Assembly (NCBI GenBank): GCA_964016885.1
Contig: OZ024743.1
Coordinates: forward strand, 207,824,001 to 207,888,000
DNA from: Eledone cirrhosa
Taxonomy: Eukaryota
Length of the DNA: 64,000 nucleotides
Reading direction: 5' to 3'
Shown here: positions 57,810 to 64,000 of the stretch, piece by piece
How positions within the stretch are numbered: the stretch's first letter is position 1
Layout: each line of letters opens with the position of its first letter
The notes under the pieces: model-generated
Told to the model about the DNA's origin: nothing
The model's database searches: none
Seen by the model: the letters and a program-made list of their open reading frames with translations, nothing else
Translations under genes and position numbers: made by a program

Positions 57810-58863
57810 TCTTATATATATATAATATATAATATATATATATAATATAGTATATAATATATATATAATATATAATACATATATATAATATATAATACAT
57901 AATATATATGATATATAATACATAATATATATAATATATAATTGTTTCTACGTTAGGCACAAGGCCAGCAATTACACAGTGTATTACTGGTACTTTATTT
58001 TATCGACCCCCGTAAGGATGAAAGGCAAAGTTAACCTCGGCGGGATTTGAATATATAATATATAATACATATATATAATATATAATATATATATACAATA
58101 TATATATATATATATACAATATATATACAATATATACAATATATATACAATATATAATATATATACAATATATAATATATATATATACAATATATAATAT
58201 ATATATACAATATATAATATATATATACAATATATAATATATATATATATACAATATATAATATATATATACAATATATAATATATATATATATACAATA
58301 TATAATATATATATATATAATATATATATATATACAATATATAATATATATATAATATATATACAATATATAATATACATACATACAAATACAATATATA
58401 ATATATATACAATATATAATATACATACAATATATAATATATATACATACATATAATATATATATATATATACATATAATATTATATATATACATATAAT
58501 ATTATATAATATAGTGGTTAGAGCATTGGCCTTGCAATCGAAAGGTTGTGAGTTCAATTCTCAGATCGGGTGATGTGTTGTTTCCTTGAGCAAGACACTT
58601 TATTTCACATTGCTCCAGTTTACTCAGCTGTAGAAATGAGATGATAGGGACTGGGGTCCCTATCATTCCACTGCAAAGTGGTCGTGGAGGTGCCACGGCA
58701 AAAAAGCACCCAGCACTCACTGTAAATGAGGTTGGTGTTAGGACATCCAGCTGTAGAAATCAAGCCAGAATCAGTTCTCGTCCCACCCTTGCAAGCAGGG
58801 AAAAAGCGGACGTAAAATGAAATGATGATATACATATAATATATATATATATATATATACATA

Positions 58864-58902
<39 letters not shown>

Positions 58903-59550
58903 TATTATATATATATATATATACATATAATATTATATATATATATATACATATAATATTATATATATATATATACATATAATATTATATATATATATAT
59001 ACATATAATATTATATATATATATATACATATAATATATATATATATATACATATAATATATATATATACATATAATATAATATATATATATATACATAT
59101 AATATATATATACATATAATATATATATACATATATACATATAATATATATATATACATATAATATATATATACATATATACATATAATATATATATATA
59201 CATATAATATATATATATATACATATAATATATATATATATACATATAATATATATATATATACATATAATATATATATATACATATAATATATATATAT
59301 ATACATATGATATATATATACATATAATATATATATATACATATAATATATATATATATATAATATATATATATACATATAATATATATATATATATACA
59401 TATAATATATATATATACATATAATATATATATATACATATAATATATATATACATATATATATATATATACATATAATATATATACATATATACATATA
59501 ATATATATATATATATACATATAATATATATATATATATACATATAATAT
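57810..59550. repeat. TA-rich compound microsatellite with SINE insertions (57940-58050 minus; 58510-58830 plus)
   Basis: TATATACA(A/T)ATAA-type units; SINE motifs as above. Confidence 0.9.
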
Positions 59551-59552
59551 AT

Positions 59553-60930
59553 AAAATTAACCTGGCTAAGACTAAAGTTCTAGTTTGTAGGAAAGAAAAT
59601 AAGGTGGCGGTCCCTTCTGGGAAATGGCCATGCTCAGTGTGTAGGAAAGGCGTAGGTAGAAACTCCATTCTGTGTCCCAAATGCAAAGTATGGGTGCATA
59701 AAAGATGTAGTGGGATCACAGGTAAGCTAACTAAGAACATAGATTTTACATGTGGCCGGTGCTCTGGTGCAATAAGTAGCAGCAAGTGCCCACAAAATAC
59801 TAGCTCCTTCAACTGCGCAGAGGGTTCTATAGAAATAGTGGACAGCTTCTGTTACCTGGGTGACAAAATCAGCAGTGGGGGAGGGTGCTCTGAAAGTACA
59901 GTAGCTAAGAGTCAGAACTGGATGGAAAAAGTTCAGAGAGCTTATACCACTATTAGCTGCTAAAGGGTTCTCCCTAAAAATGAAAGGCAGGTTGTATGAT
60001 GCCTGCATACGAACAGCAATGTTGCATGGCAGTGAGACCTGGGCATTGTGTGCAGAGGATATACGCAGACTAGAGAGGAACGAAGCTTGCATGCTCCGCT
60101 GGATGTGTAATAGTAATATACGTGAACGGCAAAGCATAAACGAACTAAGGAAAAAAATTAGAAATAAGAGGGATCAGATGTTGTTTACTCGAGAGAAGGC
60201 TACGTTGGTATGGACACGTGATGCGCATGAAAGTCGATAGCTGTATAACAAAGTGCAGGGCAATAAAGATAGACAGTAGCCACGGAATAGGCAGACCTAG
60301 AAAAACCTGGGACGAGCTGATAAACTCCGACCTCACACACTTACACCTCTCCAAGACAATGTCACTGGACCGAGACCTTTGGCGGTACTCAGTAATAGAG
60401 AAGGCCCACCTTACCTAAATACATAGTAAAACCTACTACAGCCAGTAGGCATCTCTAACAAAATACACCCCCGTCCCACCACCCCCACCCCATCCACACC
60501 ACCCCCTCCTATGTAAAGTTATGTTGGTGCCACACCATCCAGGCCGAAACAAATGAGATCGTGTAGGTGTCACGACAAAAAAAACACCGTCCACGCTGTA
60601 AATGTGGCCGTGTAGGCAACACGGTAAAAACCTCCCAGCCCCACACCGTAAATGTGGTTGGTGTTAGGAAGGGCATCCAGCTGTAGAAAACCCGCCAGAC
60701 AGTCCACGCTGTAATGTGGCCGTGTAGGCAACACGGTAAAAACCTCCCAGCCCCACACTGTAAATGTGGTTGGTGTTAGGAAGGGCATCCAGCTGTAGAA
60801 AACCCGCCAGACAGTCCTATGCGAGCAAGACAACCACTCTTGCCTCAAGTGGGAAAACCCCCGTCCAAACCCATGCAAGCGTGGAACACGGACGCTAAAC
60901 CTTGATGATAATGATGATGATGATGATGAT
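59553..60930 (+). mobile_element. 5'-truncated RTE-clade LINE with PHD-like Cys motif, 3' UTR and (GAT)n tail
   Basis: INLAKTKVL..WPCSVCRKGVGRNSILCPKCKVWVHKRCS..FCYLGD..KGRLYDACIRTAMLHGSETW..GRPRKTW; frameshifts present. Confidence 0.92.
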
Positions 60931-60949
60931 AATATACATATAATATATA

Positions 60950-61000
<51 letters not shown>

Positions 61001-61135
61001 ATATTATATATATATATATAATATTATATATATATATATATATTATATATATATATAATATTATATATATATACATATATATATATATATAATATTATAT
61101 ATATATATATATAATATTATATATATATATATATA

Positions 61136-61299
<164 letters not shown>

Positions 61300-61312
61300 T
61301 ACACATATATAT

Positions 61313-62258
61313 ACTAGACATGAAAAATGCGCAAGCTCAAAAGTGCCACAGAATGTTATAATAAACCTTCAAAAGTGTGGGACTAGAGTTGTTGCTAAAA
61401 AATATTGTAATCATTATATATCGTACATTCTGTGGCATCCTTTATAAAAATAGCTTAAACCAACGAAGCCTTTATTTTTACGCTATTTCACTTAGTTAAT
61501 TCTTAGAGTGTAACATATAAAAATATGATTTACAACTATAAAATAAATTAATTAATATAATAACAGAGCTGCGGAGCTGAAATTTAGGAAATAATGGAGT
61601 ATCGGATCCTGAGTTGGAGCCAGTCAATTTTTGGCCGACTCCGCAGCCCTGTATAATACATTTCATATTAAAGTTATTAATAAACCTATTTTACACTGCA
61701 TGCAAATTACCATGAGATATTGATATTAGATATAAGATACAGCGCAATATCTACAGCTGTAAAAGTACGAAAGCGAAGTAATAATAAGTGGCTTAAGGTG
61801 AAAGTTTGTAGTGATAAAAATTTGATAATGCAATACGATTGTTAATATTATAGTTCTATGAAAATGTAACAATAGATAACTAAATTATTTTACTATTAGT
61901 ATATTTAAGAAATTATCATTATAGATTTGATCGTTCATATAAGCATCATATTAATTTTCAACACAATTATTTTGTTACTATGAGTATATGATAATAATAT
62001 TACGTAATTATTTATAGCTGTTATTACATTAAACATAGATGTATTTATTTTTATATGTTACACTCTAAGAATTAACTAAGTGAAATAGCATAAAAATAAA
62101 GGCTTCGTTGGTTTAAGCTATTTTTATAAAGGATGCCACAGAATGTACGATATATAATGATTACAATATTTTTTAGCAACAACTCTAGTCCCACACTTTT
62201 GAAGGTTTATTATAACATTCTGTGGCACTTTTGAGCTTGCGCATTTTTCATGTCTAGT
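61313..62258. repeat. Long inverted repeat: ~213-bp near-identical arms (61313-61525 / 62046-62258) around a ~520-bp AT-rich spacer
   Basis: ACTAGACATGAAAAATGCGC...GCGCATTTTTCATGTCTAGT; arms pair almost perfectly. Confidence 0.92.
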
Positions 62259-63429
62259 TTAATATTTTTTTAAGGCAACGCTTCTAATAACTCTAGTTAA
62301 ACAGGATATATATTAATAATAAATTATCGTTGTAATGTAATTAGATTATGTAACTGTTATTATAAATTATCTTATAAATATTAGTGTAAGATGTATAAAA
62401 ATATGTTCAGACTTTTAATATAAACAACTACAAAAAACAATCAATATTAAATCAATATATTATACATAATAGAAAACATAAAATAAACAATACAAAAACA
62501 AAATATTTACATACAATTGCAATTATCAGTGTATATACATTTTCTTTATATTCCCTGAGCAAATTAATAAGATTTGTTTTTATTGTACATAATTTGATGA
62601 CTTGTTGGAGTGTATTAAAAGATAGCAACAATTTGTGATTAAATTGTTATCTTAAGCAACTCACTTTTTAATAGTTGTTGGCTGAGCGAAATTGTAAAAG
62701 CCTATGAGCAAATATAAAAAAAAATACGCAAACAACATTTCCTTGTGTTATTACAACATTAGATAAAATAATTGAGCAATGTCGTTATATTTTGCTCTTA
62801 TTGCATATTAATAGTGTTTCTATTTTTCGGCACAAATCCATTACGGCAGTCCATCGAATTAGTAAGTATGAAAGTCGAAGTTAACCTCGGCAGGATTTGA
62901 ACTTAGAATGCAAAGGACCATAACAATACTGCAAAGCATGGTGTCTGACGCTCTACCAATACTTGTGTTGAGCTGGTCATTAATTTATGGTGGTCGTGCG
63001 TGGAGTAGAGCAATCGCTAGTTGAAATATTATGAACAAAACATTTTTATTTGCCGAAGAACATATTTTCAATACTGTTTGTGAATGTGACGAAGGAAATA
63101 CATTCTGATATGGAACAGTGTACAAAGTGTGTCTGTGAATAACATAATGTTACCTCATGTTGTTGTCAAGACATAATGGATTTCGTATATCCAGTTAGAA
63201 GATGAAACCTAGCCATCTCGGATTAGTTATATTTCATGCCATGTGTAAACGTGTTTGAGGATAGCAAAATATGCGTGTTTCTTGTCTGGAAACTTTCTGC
63301 TAAACTGATTGGTTTCGTTTTTGGCACTATACAATACTCATCCAACAGATAGCTGTATTGGATCCTTGATTGGTTAATATTTAGGTGAGGGTGCTTGATG
63401 CAGAGTTAGTGCAAAATGGATCAATGAGT

Positions 63430-63737
63430 GTAATAATAATAATGATAATAATAATGAAAATATTGTGTACAATGCGGAGGTGCACTACAACTCATCAAAA
63501 GTGCATATATAATACATAGGGTAATATAAAAACGTCAGGAAAAAAGAACAGTGCATGAGTCATGATATACACATATGTGCATGTGTATGGAAGGGGGACA
63601 TCAGGTGTAGTTTTGGTGTATTTCGGAATGTATGATGGTTTTAAAGGATGCAGTGTGTCATCAGCTAACAACTGATGCAGGAAGTTTGTTCCATCCTTCA
63701 GCAACTCTGAGCATGAAGAAATATTTCCTAAAGTCAT
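63430..63737 (-). mobile_element. 3' end of the same CR1/L2-group LINE family as 15411-16385
   Basis: Reverse complement matches ~16086-16385; (TAA)n-type tail. Confidence 0.85.
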
Positions 63738-64000
63738 GGGAGATACATCACAGCTACACTATATATTTAAACATATATACAGTGATACCTCGCTACTTGG
63801 CGGTTCAACTATCGCGGATTCACGATTTCGCGCATTTTTAGAATATATATATGAACACCTAAAATTTTTCATTAAATCCATTAAAATATTAATAATAAAC
63901 ACAGTTCTAATCATACGCTATATATATATATATATAAATATAAGTAATTAATACCGTATAAATGGTACAAAGACTGTTTATGTAAAATGTATTTCTCAAC

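Noticed and set aside
52495-59812. YI/HT/CV-rich ORFs up to 920 aa (also at 31901-33798, 38330-38716, 42913-43662, 60570-61076)
   Set aside because: Translations of (TA)n/(CA)n/(CATA)n microsatellites

Overview
AT-rich, repeat-dense eukaryotic (animal) DNA. The SINE/LINE/Penelope repertoire, huge (TA)n tracts and a single-exon C2H2 zinc-finger ORF suggest a mollusc, most likely an octopus (inference). Two convincing minus-strand coding regions: a 435-aa six-finger C2H2 protein (21896-23203) and an intronless 140-aa Cys/His-rich protein (56327-56749; about half Cys+His, CHG repeats, CCC at both ends) that I cannot assign to a known family. Candidate minus-strand exons (14893-15088, 997-1040) and a candidate promoter/micro-exon (55719-55870) suggest a larger spliced transcription unit. 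The rest is satellites (33/36, 45, 60 bp), microsatellites, tRNA-derived SINEs, fragments of CR1/L2, RTE, R4/Dong and Penelope-like elements, non-autonomous Helitrons and MITEs. Highlights: the Cys/His protein; five recognisable minimal hammerhead ribozyme motifs plus one core-deleted relic, in or near Penelope-like remnants; and satellites that visibly arose by tandem amplification inside a MITE and a SINE, with unexpanded progenitors in the same window. Most long ORFs in the supplied track are repeat artefacts.
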